Positions 46,900 through 57,385 of a stretch of DNA of 64,000 bases are shown piece after piece. Origin of the DNA: an uncultured Desulfarculus sp. GTDB taxonomy: Bacteria; Desulfobacterota; Desulfarculia; Desulfarculales; Desulfarculaceae. Positions within the stretch are counted from its first letter, which is position 1. The number at the start of each line of letters is the position of its first letter. The translations under genes and the position numbers were made by a program. The notes under the pieces are model-generated. The model worked only from the letters and a program-made list of their open reading frames with translations, ran no database searches and was not told the DNA's origin. Location of the stretch: contig CAXXUK010000001.1 of NCBI GenBank assembly GCA_963665125.2, positions 3,552,001-3,616,000 of the forward strand, in the 5' to 3' direction.

Positions 46900-48552
46900 A
46901 TGGAATCCGACGGTAAACGAGTCTTAATTGCCCTTGTATTGAGCGTCGGCCTGCTTTGGGGCTGGTCCACGTTCATCATGCCCGAAAAACCTAAACCGCA
47001 GCCGCAACCTACTGCCGCGGTAACACAGGTCAACCAGACCAACACTGCCGCACCGCCGCCGCCGGCCGCGGGCAATGGACAGACGCCAGCCCAGGCTGTC
47101 ACTCCGGACAACCAGCCTCCCCAGGATGTCGTCGTTGACACTCCTCTATACAAGGCCGTGTTTTCCACCCGGGGCGGCACCCTGCGCAAGGTCGTGCTAA
47201 AGAAATTCTATGAAGAGGTCAACCAACAGGGCGGCAACATGGTCCTTTTGGAACTCGAGCCCCGGGAGCCATACTCCCTTGGCCTGGCCTTTGCCCAAAT
47301 AGACCCGTACCTGGCGGTTAGGTCATTTACCACCGACGGCAAGGACATGACCGTTACTCAAAACGGTCAGACGCTTTCCTTCACCCGCAATGTATCTGGA
47401 ATCAACGTCACCAAGACCTATACGTTCGATCCCGACTCCTACGCCTTTAACCTCAAGGTCACCATCGCCAACCCAACAGGCAACAAATACGATTTGGTGC
47501 CTGAATTGACCCTGGCCGAGTATGTCAGCAAGAAGGACATCAACTTCTACGCTTTCACCGGGTCCCAGATGGTTGCCCAGGGCGGCCTGGTTGAAAAGGA
47601 TCACGGCGACCTGGAAGACAAACCCGTTGTCACCGGCAACCTCGACTTCATCAGCATGAGCATTCCCTATTTCATGGGCGCGGTGGCTCCCGGTCCCTGG
47701 CCTCAGAGCGCCGTGGGCAAGGATTCGTTTCGCGGCTCCTGCGACGAAAAAGTCATGACCGCCACCTTGGTCAGCCCTCATCTGGCCCTTGACGCCGGCC
47801 AGACCATGGACCTTAATTACCTGGTCTATTACGGACCCAAGGAACTGAGCGTCCTCGAACCGCTGGGCCACAACCTGGCCATGGCCGTGGACTTCGGCTG
47901 GTTCGACTTTTTCGCCAAGCCCATGCTGGCCGGCCTGAAGTTCTTCTACGGCTATGTCAAGAACTACGGTGTCGCCATCATCATCATCACGATCCTGATC
48001 AAGCTCATTTTCTGGCCCTTGCAGAACAAAAGCTACCAGTCCATGAAGCGGATGCAGAAACTTCAGCCCCAGATGAAGAAGATCCGCGAGAAATACAAGG
48101 ACGACAAGCAGGAACAGAATCAGCAGATCATGCAGCTATATAAGACGTACAAGGTCAACCCCTTGGGCGGCTGCCTGCCGATGGTCGTGCAGATTCCCAT
48201 CTTCATCGCCTTCTATAAAGTTCTCGGCTCGTCCATCGAATTGCGCCACGCGCCTTTCATGCTGTGGATCAACGACCTTGCCGCGCCCGACCGTCTGCCC
48301 ATTGGTTTTGACATACCTTTCGTGGGCGCCGGCATTCCCGTGCTGACCTTGCTCATGGGCGCGTCGATGTTCCTGACTCAAAAAATGACACCGTCCACCG
48401 GCGACCCGACTCAGCAAAAAATGATGATGTTGATGCCGATCATCTTCACCATCATGTTCATCAACTTCCCGTCCGGCCTGGTCTTGTACTGGTTCGTGCA
48501 GAACCTCCTCGGTATCGGACAGCAGTATCTGGTGAACCGGCGCAAGGATTGA
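46900..48552 (+). CDS. yidC: Membrane protein insertase YidC
   Basis: VDFGWF, NPLGGCLP, PSGLVLYW. Confidence 0.96.
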   Translation: MESDGKRVLIALVLSVGLLWGWSTFIMPEKPKPQPQPTAAVTQVNQTNTAAPPPPAAGNGQTPAQAVTPDNQPPQDVVVDTPLYKAVFSTRGGTLRKVVLKKFYEEVNQQGGNMVLLELEPREPYSLGLAFAQIDPYLAVRSFTTDGKDMTVTQNGQTLSFTRNVSGINVTKTYTFDPDSYAFNLKVTIANPTGNKYDLVPELTLAEYVSKKDINFYAFTGSQMVAQGGLVEKDHGDLEDKPVVTGNLDFISMSIPYFMGAVAPGPWPQSAVGKDSFRGSCDEKVMTATLVSPHLALDAGQTMDLNYLVYYGPKELSVLEPLGHNLAMAVDFGWFDFFAKPMLAGLKFFYGYVKNYGVAIIIITILIKLIFWPLQNKSYQSMKRMQKLQPQMKKIREKYKDDKQEQNQQIMQLYKTYKVNPLGGCLPMVVQIPIFIAFYKVLGSSIELRHAPFMLWINDLAAPDRLPIGFDIPFVGAGIPVLTLLMGASMFLTQKMTPSTGDPTQQKMMMLMPIIFTIMFINFPSGLVLYWFVQNLLGIGQQYLVNRRKD

Positions 48553-48556
48553 TATA

Positions 48557-49390
48557 ATGGAAGCAGTTGAATTTACTGGTAAAACAACAGAAGAAGCCCT
48601 ACTGAAGGCCCAACAACACTTTGGCCTTCCCTTAGACCGCCTGGATGTCGAAGTATTACAGGCCGGTGGCGGAGGCCTTTTCGGCCTGTTTAAGAAAAAG
48701 GGCGCGGTCGTCAAGGTTCGTCCTACGCAAGACAGCCAGGAAGATCACCTGGCCAGCCTGATGGCGGACTTCACCGGCGGCGAGGCTCCCAAACCCAAAA
48801 AGCCCGTTGCTCCACCTGCTCCGGCGGCTGAGCCTGTCCAACAGGCCGAGTCCGGTTATGACAACGGGCCTGACGACGAAGTAGATTACGACGACAATGA
48901 GGATGATGACGAGGGCCGCTCCGGGCCGGTAATCGAGGACCAGGAAGTCGTCAACGACGCCAGAGAAGTTTTAGTTAAGCTTGTTCTTCCCCTGGACGAC
49001 TCCGCCAGGGTCCGGGCCGAAAATTCCGACCAAGGCATTATGCTCGATATCGACGGCCAGGAAGCGGGAGTGCTCATCGGCCGCAGGGGCCAGACCCTAG
49101 ACGCCCTGCAATACCTGTGCACCCGCATCGTCAGTCACAAGCACGGCAGGCCTGTTCGCATTCACGTCGACGCAGGCGGCTACCGCAAGCGCCGCATGCA
49201 GTCCTTGGAAGACCTGGCCCTTCGACTGGCCGACAAGGCCCGCGACACGGGACGCCCGGTCTCCCTGGGTCCCATCTGCAGCCAAGAGCGTCGGGTGGTT
49301 CACATGACACTACGCCGGGAGCATGGCATCAGCACCGTCAGCCGGGGCAGGGGCGAACTCAAGAAGGTCGTCATCAGCCCAAGGCGGTAG
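48557..49390 (+). CDS. jag: Jag/EloR (KhpB) RNA-binding protein
   Basis: GKTTEEAL Jag-N, KH (LIGRRGQTLDALQ), R3H (ERRVVH). Confidence 0.93.
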   Translation: MEAVEFTGKTTEEALLKAQQHFGLPLDRLDVEVLQAGGGGLFGLFKKKGAVVKVRPTQDSQEDHLASLMADFTGGEAPKPKKPVAPPAPAAEPVQQAESGYDNGPDDEVDYDDNEDDDEGRSGPVIEDQEVVNDAREVLVKLVLPLDDSARVRAENSDQGIMLDIDGQEAGVLIGRRGQTLDALQYLCTRIVSHKHGRPVRIHVDAGGYRKRRMQSLEDLALRLADKARDTGRPVSLGPICSQERRVVHMTLRREHGISTVSRGRGELKKVVISPRR

Positions 49391-49535
49391 ACTGCTTTCA
49401 AGCAAAACAACAAAGGCTCTCCAATACCGGAGGGCCTTTTCCCGTTTACGGCGCTGAACCTTTTTAAGCTTTGGCTTATAATTGGCTCAACGAAAGGCAA
49501 CACCATTGCACAGTGGCGACTTCACATCGCGGCTC

Positions 49536-50912
49536 ATGGCCGCCCAGGACACCATCGTGGCCCAGGCAACCCCGCCCGGTCCGGGCGGTATCGCGGTGGT
49601 GCGCATTTCCGGCCCGGACGCATGGCATGTAGGCCGCACCATTTTCAGGCCCAAGGGCGGCGCTGCTCCTTGGAAACAGATAAGGCGCCTGATTTATGGT
49701 CATGCCATCAATCCCGGCAGCGGCGAAATCGTCGATGAAGTATTATGCGCCTTTTTCAAAGGTCCCAATTCGTACAGCGCCGAAGACGCGGTTGAGTTGC
49801 AATGCCACGGCGGCCCGGCCGTTGTTTCCAGAATTATTCAACTGGCTCTGGCCCAGGGATGCCGGACCGCCGGTCCCGGTGAGTTTACCCTGCGGGGCAT
49901 GATCGGCGGGCGCATCGACCTTAGCCGGGCCGAAGCAGTGGCCTCGTTGGTAGCGGCCCGCTCCGATTCCGAGGCCCGCACGGCCCTGGCTATTCTTGAA
50001 GGCGGCCTGGCCGGTCCGCTCCACGGCATCCGTCAGACCCTTGTTGATGTTGCCGCTTCCATTGAGGCGGCCATTGATTTTCCTGAGGACGTCTCCGAGC
50101 TGGCCGGCGCCGAACAGGCCCATATCCTGTGCGACAATACCATTAATCCCCTTGACGAGTTGATCACCAATAGCCTGGCCCGTTCGGCTTATCGTGAGGG
50201 GGCCAGCGTTGTCATCTGTGGGCGTCCCAATGTGGGCAAATCCAGCCTATTCAACGCCCTATTGGGCCGCAAGCGCACCATTGTCAGCGACACCCCCGGC
50301 ACCACCCGGGACAGGGTCGACGAAGTTGTCATCCTTGGCGGAATTGCCTGCCGACTGAGCGACACCGCGGGCCTGGGAAACATTCGAGACGATCTTGACG
50401 GCATGGGCCAGGACGCCGCCAGGGATGTCCTGCAACAGGCAGATCTTGCCCTGGTTATCCTGGATGGTTCCACCGATCTTCTGGAAGAAGACCTACAGAT
50501 TTTGGCCGAGACCCAAGGCATGAACCGGATCGTCGTCATCAATAAAAACGATCTTGCCCGCGCTTGGCCCGCCCAAGACCTTGGCCAAGATTTGGCTTTC
50601 CTGGAAATAAGCGCCAAATTCAGCCAAGGAATGGACCAGCTTTCCGCATCGGCAGGCCGAGCCATCACTCACGGCGCATCCGAACCCGGCCCCAACGATA
50701 TTGTTGTCAACGCCCGGCAACGTGAGGCCTTATCCCGCTGCCTGGAATTTTGCCGCATCGCCGCCGACGCCCTCCACACCCCGGAACCTCAGGTCGAACT
50801 GATCAGCCTGGACCTGCATTCCGCCCTCGCCGCCCTGGGCGAAGTGGACGGCCAGGGCGCGCCGGACGAGATTATAGACGCCGTTTTCAATAAATTCTGC
50901 GTTGGCAAATAA
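49536..50912 (+). CDS. mnmE: tRNA modification GTPase MnmE
   Basis: DTIVAQATPPG, GRPNVGKSS, PGTTRD, DTAG, NKND, FCVGK. Confidence 0.96.
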   Translation: MAAQDTIVAQATPPGPGGIAVVRISGPDAWHVGRTIFRPKGGAAPWKQIRRLIYGHAINPGSGEIVDEVLCAFFKGPNSYSAEDAVELQCHGGPAVVSRIIQLALAQGCRTAGPGEFTLRGMIGGRIDLSRAEAVASLVAARSDSEARTALAILEGGLAGPLHGIRQTLVDVAASIEAAIDFPEDVSELAGAEQAHILCDNTINPLDELITNSLARSAYREGASVVICGRPNVGKSSLFNALLGRKRTIVSDTPGTTRDRVDEVVILGGIACRLSDTAGLGNIRDDLDGMGQDAARDVLQQADLALVILDGSTDLLEEDLQILAETQGMNRIVVINKNDLARAWPAQDLGQDLAFLEISAKFSQGMDQLSASAGRAITHGASEPGPNDIVVNARQREALSRCLEFCRIAADALHTPEPQVELISLDLHSALAALGEVDGQGAPDEIIDAVFNKFCVGK

Positions 50913-50942
50913 TGGCTTCTTCCATGCACTTTTTTAACAAAA

Positions 50943-50958
50943 GGTTTCACGTGAAACA
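50943..50958. other. parS: parS centromere-like site
   Basis: ggtttcacgtgaaaca, 15/16 match to TGTTTCACGTGAAACA. Confidence 0.88.
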
Positions 50959-51013
50959 TTTGGTGCCCTCGCATGGACCCACAATTTCGCATTAATTATC
51001 CCAGGAGTGCCAT

Positions 51014-51637
51014 TTGAATATGCCTTTTCCTCAAGATCTTATGAAACCGGCACGTGCACTTTCAGGATTGGACCTTGATGATGAATTTTTTTTAAGGGCT
51101 GATTTTCTGGTTCAGGAGGTCATGCGCTGGAACAAACGCATACGCCTTGTCGGCCACCGGGATCTGCGGACGGCTTATATCGACCTTGTACTGGACGGGC
51201 TTGCCCTTGTTCCCCATCTATGCGGGCACACTATAGTTGACATTGGCAGCGGCGCCGGTTTTCCAGGGTTGGTCCTTGCCCTTGCCCTTCCCGGTTACCG
51301 TATTACCATGATTGAGGGCCGCGCCAAAAAAGTCAGCTTCCAAAAGCATGCGGTACGCGAACTTTCTATGGATGGAAACACCGAGCCTGTCCTGGGCCGC
51401 GCCGGAGAAGGCTGCCTGGAAGGAGTTTTCTTCGACAATGTCACCCTCAGGGCAGTCAGCGACCTCTCTTCCTGTGTTGAATTGGCTACGCCCTACTTGG
51501 CCGGTGTTGGCCGGATTATTCTTCCCCGTTCCATCGAAGACCGAAACACTTGCCTCGATGCCGGATTCGAGGTCCATGAATATAAACTTCCGGAGACCAA
51601 AAAGACCCGCATCATCGCCGTCCGTTGTTGCCAATAA
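51014..51637 (+). CDS. rsmG: 16S rRNA m7G527 methyltransferase
   Basis: WNKRIRL, DIGSGAGFPG, KKVSF, LRAV. Confidence 0.9.
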   Translation: MNMPFPQDLMKPARALSGLDLDDEFFLRADFLVQEVMRWNKRIRLVGHRDLRTAYIDLVLDGLALVPHLCGHTIVDIGSGAGFPGLVLALALPGYRITMIEGRAKKVSFQKHAVRELSMDGNTEPVLGRAGEGCLEGVFFDNVTLRAVSDLSSCVELATPYLAGVGRIILPRSIEDRNTCLDAGFEVHEYKLPETKKTRIIAVRCCQ

Positions 51638-51659
51638 AAAATGCAGCCTTCGCAGGCTA

Positions 51660-51675
51660 CGTTTCACGTGAAACA
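51660..51675. other. parS: parS centromere-like site
   Basis: cgtttcacgtgaaaca, 15/16 match. Confidence 0.88.
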
Positions 51676-51682
51676 GTGATAT

Positions 51683-54064
51683 CTAGAATACGACTTTGTC
51701 TTTTTGCTTTGGCAGGGTGATGGTGAATTTCGTGCCCACGCCCTTTGCCGATTTTACAGTAATATTTCCGCCGTGCTGCTTGATGATGCCGTGGCTGATC
51801 GATAAGCCAAGTCCTGTTCCCCTTCCCCTATCCTTTGTGGTAAAGAACGGCTCGAATACCCTTCGTGAAATATGCTCGTCCATTCCAGGGCCGGTGTCTT
51901 CGAAGCATACGGAAATGGTGCCGTCAGCATTGGCTTTTGTCTGAATGAAAATCCGCCCTTTTCCTTCCATGGCTTCCGCGGCGTTAACCAGCATGTTCAA
52001 AAAAACCTGCTCCAGCTTAGAGCGGTGTCCGTAGAAGTAGGGCAACCCCTGGTCAAACTCCAGGGTGATTTCCACATTGCGCAGGATCATGTGACCGGCC
52101 ATTAGGTTTAGCATCTCCCGCAGAACGCGGTTAATATCCATTGCTTCCGAGGCGGGATCATCCCTCCTGGCGAAATCCAACAAACCCCGGACTATGATCT
52201 TGCAGCGGTTGGTCAGCTTGATTATCTTGTCTACCGTTGGATACAGCTCATTGCTTTCGCCGACATCCTCTGCCAACAAATGGGCATAGGTGAGGATGCC
52301 GCCCAAGGGGTTGTTGACCTCATGGGCCACGTCGAAGGCAAGCTTACCGGTGGCCGCCAATCGTTCTGAGCGGATAAGCTGCTCTTCAATTGTCTTCCTG
52401 AATGTGACGTCCCTTACATTGAATAGTATCGCCGGCTTTGAATCATAGCTGGTAAGTCCGGCGGTCACCTCCAAATCAAAAGGCCTGCCATCGCGAAGTC
52501 CTTGTCCCTCAAATACTTTTTGTTCATCAACTTCGTCGAATACGTCGTTTAGCCAATCGAGGTAGTCCTTGTGGCATTCCGAATCCAGCATCTCCAGGAA
52601 GTCTATTTTTTTATCCGTAACCGTAACCAGGCCGAACATGTCCATGAAGGCCGTATTGGCGAAGATAAATGTATTTTGATCGTGAAGGGCTATCCCCTCC
52701 CTGTTGCTTTCCACCAATGTGCGGTACAAGGCTTCACTTTGAGCAAGCTTTCTTTCGAGGTTCTTTGTCCTGCTGGCATCAACAATTGCCTCTACCGCTC
52801 CGATGATGTTGCCATATCTGTCTTTTAACGCGGCAGCCGTGAAGAAAAGATCCCTCTCGCGGCCACCCAAATTGCCGAAGTGGGCTTCAGCCTCCCAGGC
52901 GTCTTCGGCAACTTCCGAAGGCCGCAGTTTTTCCTTGCCGTAGACCCTGTTCATCTTGTCGTGGTCTTGATCAAGAATCGTATCTGCAAGTGATACGCCC
53001 TGTGGACGATGGAATACCTTCCAAACCTGGTTTGTCTCGATAATGTCCGCTTTTGTCCAGCCGGTTAGTTCTTCGCAAGCGTTGTTCCAGTATTTGACAG
53101 TATGATCTTTATCCAACACAAAGACCGCAACCGGCATCACCTCCAATATTGTCTCAAGCATTTGTTGCTGCTGGGCGGCCGATGCTTCCGCCCTTTTTCG
53201 CCTGGTGATATCCTTGATAATTCCTTCGTAGCCTACAATTTTTCCATTGGAATACCGTACCTGGCTCGTAATGGATACATCTATGGGTGTGCCGTCTTTT
53301 TTCTTGAAGGTGACGTAATAGTCTTGGACAAAGCCCTTGCTTTCAATTTCCTCCATGAAAATAAGGCGGTCTTCTGGTCGCATGTAGGCGTCCTTGCCGA
53401 TATCCGGTACTGCAAGGAGTTCGTCTTCACTGTCGTATCCCAGCATTTCCACACCGGCCGGATTGACCTCAAGCCATTTTCCATCCCGGCTGGAAAGATA
53501 AATCATGTCCTTTGAATTTCGGAAAATGCGCCTGTAGTCGTCGCTGTGTTGTATGGCTAGGTTTTTATGGACCGCGCATGATAGGGCCAAGGTCATCATG
53601 TTGGATAAGGCCTGAATTTCTGATTGATTCCATTCAATTTTCTCATCGAACATCAGCAGGCACAAACCGCTGCCTTGGGCCCAGGGCAGATGTATTGCAG
53701 CAAGATTACATTCTTTGGCGGTCTCTTCCAGAAAGTTGTCCAGGGCGAGCCATCCCGACTTGGCAGTGTCTCCGGCTTTGAGATAGTTTGTCCCCATTCT
53801 GACCAATGGTTCGCCCGGGCAGGTTGGTGGAGAGGCCACAACCCTTCGTATTTTCCTGGCAAGAGTTTTATCCATGCCCCATGTTGTGTTAAGGGCCAAA
53901 ACGCCACCCACTTGCCACATGGTGACGGACCCACCGAATGCTCCCATATACGAGCCGACTATATGAAGAAGGCCCCTTGCCTGGTGTGCTGTACCGCCGT
54001 TACCCGATAATACCTGTCGAAATTCCACGGCAAGCTTGTTGATTTTATCCAAAGATGAAACCAA
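51683..54064 (-). CDS. Multi-PAS sensor histidine kinase (NtrB-like)
   Basis: Three PAS/PAC domains, AHEVNNPL, QVFLNMLVNA, DTGPG, FEPFFTTK, GTGLGL. Confidence 0.93.
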   Translation of the reverse strand: MVSSLDKINKLAVEFRQVLSGNGGTAHQARGLLHIVGSYMGAFGGSVTMWQVGGVLALNTTWGMDKTLARKIRRVVASPPTCPGEPLVRMGTNYLKAGDTAKSGWLALDNFLEETAKECNLAAIHLPWAQGSGLCLLMFDEKIEWNQSEIQALSNMMTLALSCAVHKNLAIQHSDDYRRIFRNSKDMIYLSSRDGKWLEVNPAGVEMLGYDSEDELLAVPDIGKDAYMRPEDRLIFMEEIESKGFVQDYYVTFKKKDGTPIDVSITSQVRYSNGKIVGYEGIIKDITRRKRAEASAAQQQQMLETILEVMPVAVFVLDKDHTVKYWNNACEELTGWTKADIIETNQVWKVFHRPQGVSLADTILDQDHDKMNRVYGKEKLRPSEVAEDAWEAEAHFGNLGGRERDLFFTAAALKDRYGNIIGAVEAIVDASRTKNLERKLAQSEALYRTLVESNREGIALHDQNTFIFANTAFMDMFGLVTVTDKKIDFLEMLDSECHKDYLDWLNDVFDEVDEQKVFEGQGLRDGRPFDLEVTAGLTSYDSKPAILFNVRDVTFRKTIEEQLIRSERLAATGKLAFDVAHEVNNPLGGILTYAHLLAEDVGESNELYPTVDKIIKLTNRCKIIVRGLLDFARRDDPASEAMDINRVLREMLNLMAGHMILRNVEITLEFDQGLPYFYGHRSKLEQVFLNMLVNAAEAMEGKGRIFIQTKANADGTISVCFEDTGPGMDEHISRRVFEPFFTTKDRGRGTGLGLSISHGIIKQHGGNITVKSAKGVGTKFTITLPKQKDKVVF

Positions 54065-54318
54065 AATTGATTAGTTCTCCTTTTAGGTTGCATCTCATCA
54101 TTTATCACAATTTTTAATTAAATTGACCGAAGATATACATAAAAACCAATTTTTTTTAATCATCCGAAGCGACAATGTTGAATGTGGCATATTTGGGGTA
54201 TTGTGGGTCTTTTTTTTATTTAACCGTGATAATTAATTCCAACGTTATCGTTCATTTTCCCGTTTTGTATATTTTCGGTTCAGTGGTTTGAAATCTGCAG
54301 TTGTGGTACTATCGGCCC

Positions 54319-55659
54319 ATGAAAAATATTATGATCATAGGCGGCGGTCTTGCCGGTTGCGAGGCCGCTCTTTATCTTGCCGACGCGGGTGTATCCGTTC
54401 ATTTGTTGGACATGAAACCTTCCCGAATGAGTCCTGCCCACGAAGATGAGCATTTGGGAGAGCTTGTCTGCTCCAACTCCCTACGCTCTGATGACCCTGC
54501 CAGCGCTGTCGGTCTATTGAAGGCGGAAATGTCCCTCTTGGGTTCATCCATAATGCGTGCCGCTCGCCAGACAGCAGTTGACGCCGGCAAGGCCCTTGCC
54601 GTTGACAGACGCCAATTCGCCGCCACACTTGATTCCTGGGTGTCCGCTCATCCCTTTATAGAACGTTCGTGCCAGGAAATTACCTCCGTGCCCGAGGACG
54701 AACTCGTTATTTTGGCCAGCGGTCCTTTGACCACCGATGAACTTGCAGCAGATCTAATGCGTATCGCAGGACAGAATCATCTGCACTTTTATGATGCCAT
54801 AGCTCCCATTGTCACCCTTGACAGCGTTGATATGAACAACGCCTTTTGGGGTGACCGTTATGGCGAGCCAGGCGTCGGCGACTACCTCAACTGTCCCATG
54901 ACCCAAGAGGAGTGGGAATCCTTTTACGCCGCTCTCACTTCTTCGGAAAACGTGCCTTTGCGTGATTTTGAAAAGCCGCAGTTTTTTGAGGGGTGCCTGC
55001 CAATAGAAGTCATGGCCTCCCGTGGTGAAAAGACCTTGCTCTTCGGTCCCCTAAAGCCCGTTGGCCTTGAAGACCCCATAACCGGCAAACGCGCCCATGC
55101 CGTTGTCCAACTGCGAAAGGAAAACAGCGACGGCTCAATATTGAATATGGTAGGTTTCCAGACCAAATTGACCTATAAGGCCCAACAGCATGTTTTTCGA
55201 TTGATTCCGGCCCTTCGCAATGCTGAGTTTGCCCGTCTTGGCTCCATTCACCGCAATACATTTGTTGATGCTCCACGGGTCCTTGATCCTTTCAGCAGGC
55301 TTAATAATCTTCCCGGCGTATTTATCGCTGGTCAGCTTTCCGGCGTTGAGGGCTATGTCGAGTCTTCCGCTTCTGGCCTACTCTGCGCCGTTAACGCTCT
55401 GCGTATAATCAGGGGACAAGACCCCTCCGCTCCACCGGCCGATACGGCCCATGGCGGCTTGATGACCCATCTTTCCAATACGGAGACCAAGCATTTTCAG
55501 CCAAGCAACATCAATTTCGGATTGTTGCCGCCGCTTGGCGGAAAGAAGCTTCCCAAAAAAGAACGCGGCAAGGCCATTGCCCGCCGCGCGCTTGTATCTT
55601 TTTCAGCATGGTTGACTAGCCTTGGCATTGCCCCGGCCTGCGAACCGCCTGCTATTTAG
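54319..55659 (+). CDS. trmFO: Folate-dependent tRNA m5U54 methyltransferase
   Basis: GGGLAGCEAA, ELVCSNS, FYDAIAP, FEGCLPIE, HRNTF, GVEGYVES. Confidence 0.95.
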   Translation: MKNIMIIGGGLAGCEAALYLADAGVSVHLLDMKPSRMSPAHEDEHLGELVCSNSLRSDDPASAVGLLKAEMSLLGSSIMRAARQTAVDAGKALAVDRRQFAATLDSWVSAHPFIERSCQEITSVPEDELVILASGPLTTDELAADLMRIAGQNHLHFYDAIAPIVTLDSVDMNNAFWGDRYGEPGVGDYLNCPMTQEEWESFYAALTSSENVPLRDFEKPQFFEGCLPIEVMASRGEKTLLFGPLKPVGLEDPITGKRAHAVVQLRKENSDGSILNMVGFQTKLTYKAQQHVFRLIPALRNAEFARLGSIHRNTFVDAPRVLDPFSRLNNLPGVFIAGQLSGVEGYVESSASGLLCAVNALRIIRGQDPSAPPADTAHGGLMTHLSNTETKHFQPSNINFGLLPPLGGKKLPKKERGKAIARRALVSFSAWLTSLGIAPACEPPAI

Positions 55660-55814
55660 TTTTTACCTTTTTCATAGCCCTTCTGGAAATCATCCGGCGC
55701 CTGCTCAACGGACTTCACGGCCTTACCCGTTGTTTCGCCCATTTGAAAGCAACCAGCTAATGGGAGTGTAATCAAACATATGCATATAATTGCAGCCGCT
55801 ATTCTCTCGGTCAT
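55656..55814 (-). CDS. Small lipoprotein
   Basis: GGAGG RBS; MTERIAAAIICICLITLPLAG-C lipobox; 52 aa. Confidence 0.65.
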   Translation of the reverse strand: MTERIAAAIICICLITLPLAGCFQMGETTGKAVKSVEQAPDDFQKGYEKGKN

Positions 55815-55865
55815 TTCAACCCTCCAAATTTTATACATTTTTAAATGTTAAACGCTTAATAAGGG

Positions 55866-56816
55866 TTATTTCAACGCCAACTCTATCAGCCTGTCCAACA
55901 GCGCGGGGAAATCCATACCCGCGTGCTTTGCCGCCAAGGGTAAAAGGCTGGTTTCGGTCATTCCTGGAATTGTATTTGCCTCCAGGATTACCGGACCGTC
56001 TTCGCCCAGCATGAAGTCTATCCTTGAGTACCTTCTCAGTCCCAAGGCCATGTGAGCCTTTACCGCCAGCTCTTGAATCAGAGCCGTGGTTCCTTGGTCC
56101 AGACCGGCTGGGCAAACCTCATTGGTCGCGCCCGGTGTGTATTTGGCAATATAATCAAAAAAAACGTGCCCCTCACCGGGTAGTATTTCAATCAGGGGCA
56201 ATGGCTCCGGTATTGGGTCACCTATAACGCTGCATGTTATTTCGCGGCCTTTAATGAACTTTTCGACAATTATTTCGTTATCCATGGACAAAGCAACGTC
56301 AATTGCTGCTTGAACGTCTTCATCCTTAAGACATATGCTTACGCCAAAGCTGGATCCCTCCAGGCTTGGCTTGACCACCAGAGGCAGGCCGATTTTTTCG
56401 ATTGCCTTTTCCGCCGCGTTTTCAGTTTGTTTGTTGATATAAAAATCCGGAGCCACCGGCAGTCCGGCCTGACGAAACCTGTCCTTGGACATGATCTTGT
56501 TCATGGCCAGAGCGCATCCCAGTATACCGGAGCACTGATACGGAACCTTTACTATATCCAGCAGACCCTGCATTGATCCGTCTTCACCGCCCCTGCCGTG
56601 CAGCATTATCAAAGCCACATCAATGCTGTCCGCGTCGTCGACCAGCCGCACGATGTCCGCGGGAGGCTCATAATCAACAGCATGATATTTCTTGGGGTCC
56701 AATGCGTTAATGACGGCCGAGCCGCTTTTCAGCGAAACGTCCCTTTCCGCGGAATCTCCACCCATGATAACCGCGACCCTAAGTCTCCCTCCTGTCACAG
56801 CAGCCCTTCCTTCCAA
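55866..56816 (-). CDS. ddl: D-alanine--D-alanine ligase
   Basis: GGDSAERDVSLKSG, HGRGGEDG, EGSS, LEANTIPGMT. Confidence 0.95.
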   Translation of the reverse strand: MEGRAAVTGGRLRVAVIMGGDSAERDVSLKSGSAVINALDPKKYHAVDYEPPADIVRLVDDADSIDVALIMLHGRGGEDGSMQGLLDIVKVPYQCSGILGCALAMNKIMSKDRFRQAGLPVAPDFYINKQTENAAEKAIEKIGLPLVVKPSLEGSSFGVSICLKDEDVQAAIDVALSMDNEIIVEKFIKGREITCSVIGDPIPEPLPLIEILPGEGHVFFDYIAKYTPGATNEVCPAGLDQGTTALIQELAVKAHMALGLRRYSRIDFMLGEDGPVILEANTIPGMTETSLLPLAAKHAGMDFPALLDRLIELALK

Positions 56817-57385
56817 AGTTTGGTAATCTCATTAGGTGTGTGCCGGGGCTTTAACGATTCAAATATTTTATCTTCGGTCCTGTAGGCAATTTGTCGTCCT
56901 ATTTCTATGCGCTCAAGGTATTCGGGTATTCCTTTTCCGTAACGTTCCGCAATGTATTCGAACCTTTGTTCGATGTTTACCACTTCATCGTGCCTAACCC
57001 GCTTGTCCGCATAGTTGACGACCATTATTTCGTCAAGCTTGTGATCTTTTGGCAAACGCACATGCATCCGAACTATTTCCGCCAGGTCCATGAAACCTTC
57101 TTCTTCAATTATTTTAGCACCTTCTATGTCGTGTCGCATATCAGTGCCTAGACATATTGTCTTTGCTATGTCGTGCAGGATGGCACCGGTTTCAATTGCC
57201 TGCCTGTTCAGAAAGGTTCCTTTTTCATCGAGCCATGAATATATCTTTACTGCCACCTCCCTTACTACTTGGGAATGTTGGCGTATGTTATCGAGCATGC
57301 CGTATTTGTCCCATAGGGCAATGGCTTGATCCACTGTAGGTAATGACGCGAATCGCCCGTTATTTTTCAGTGTTTTTTGGCTCAA
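56795..57385 (-). CDS. HD-domain phosphohydrolase
   Basis: QHS, LHDIAK, RH, HV, YADKR. Confidence 0.88.
   Translation of the reverse strand: MSQKTLKNNGRFASLPTVDQAIALWDKYGMLDNIRQHSQVVREVAVKIYSWLDEKGTFLNRQAIETGAILHDIAKTICLGTDMRHDIEGAKIIEEEGFMDLAEIVRMHVRLPKDHKLDEIMVVNYADKRVRHDEVVNIEQRFEYIAERYGKGIPEYLERIEIGRQIAYRTEDKIFESLKPRHTPNEITKLWKEGLL

Noticed and set aside
54065..54300. AT-rich tract as foreign DNA or an unwinding element
   Set aside because: Consistent with a divergent promoter region between the kinase and trmFO; no repeats or DnaA boxes seen
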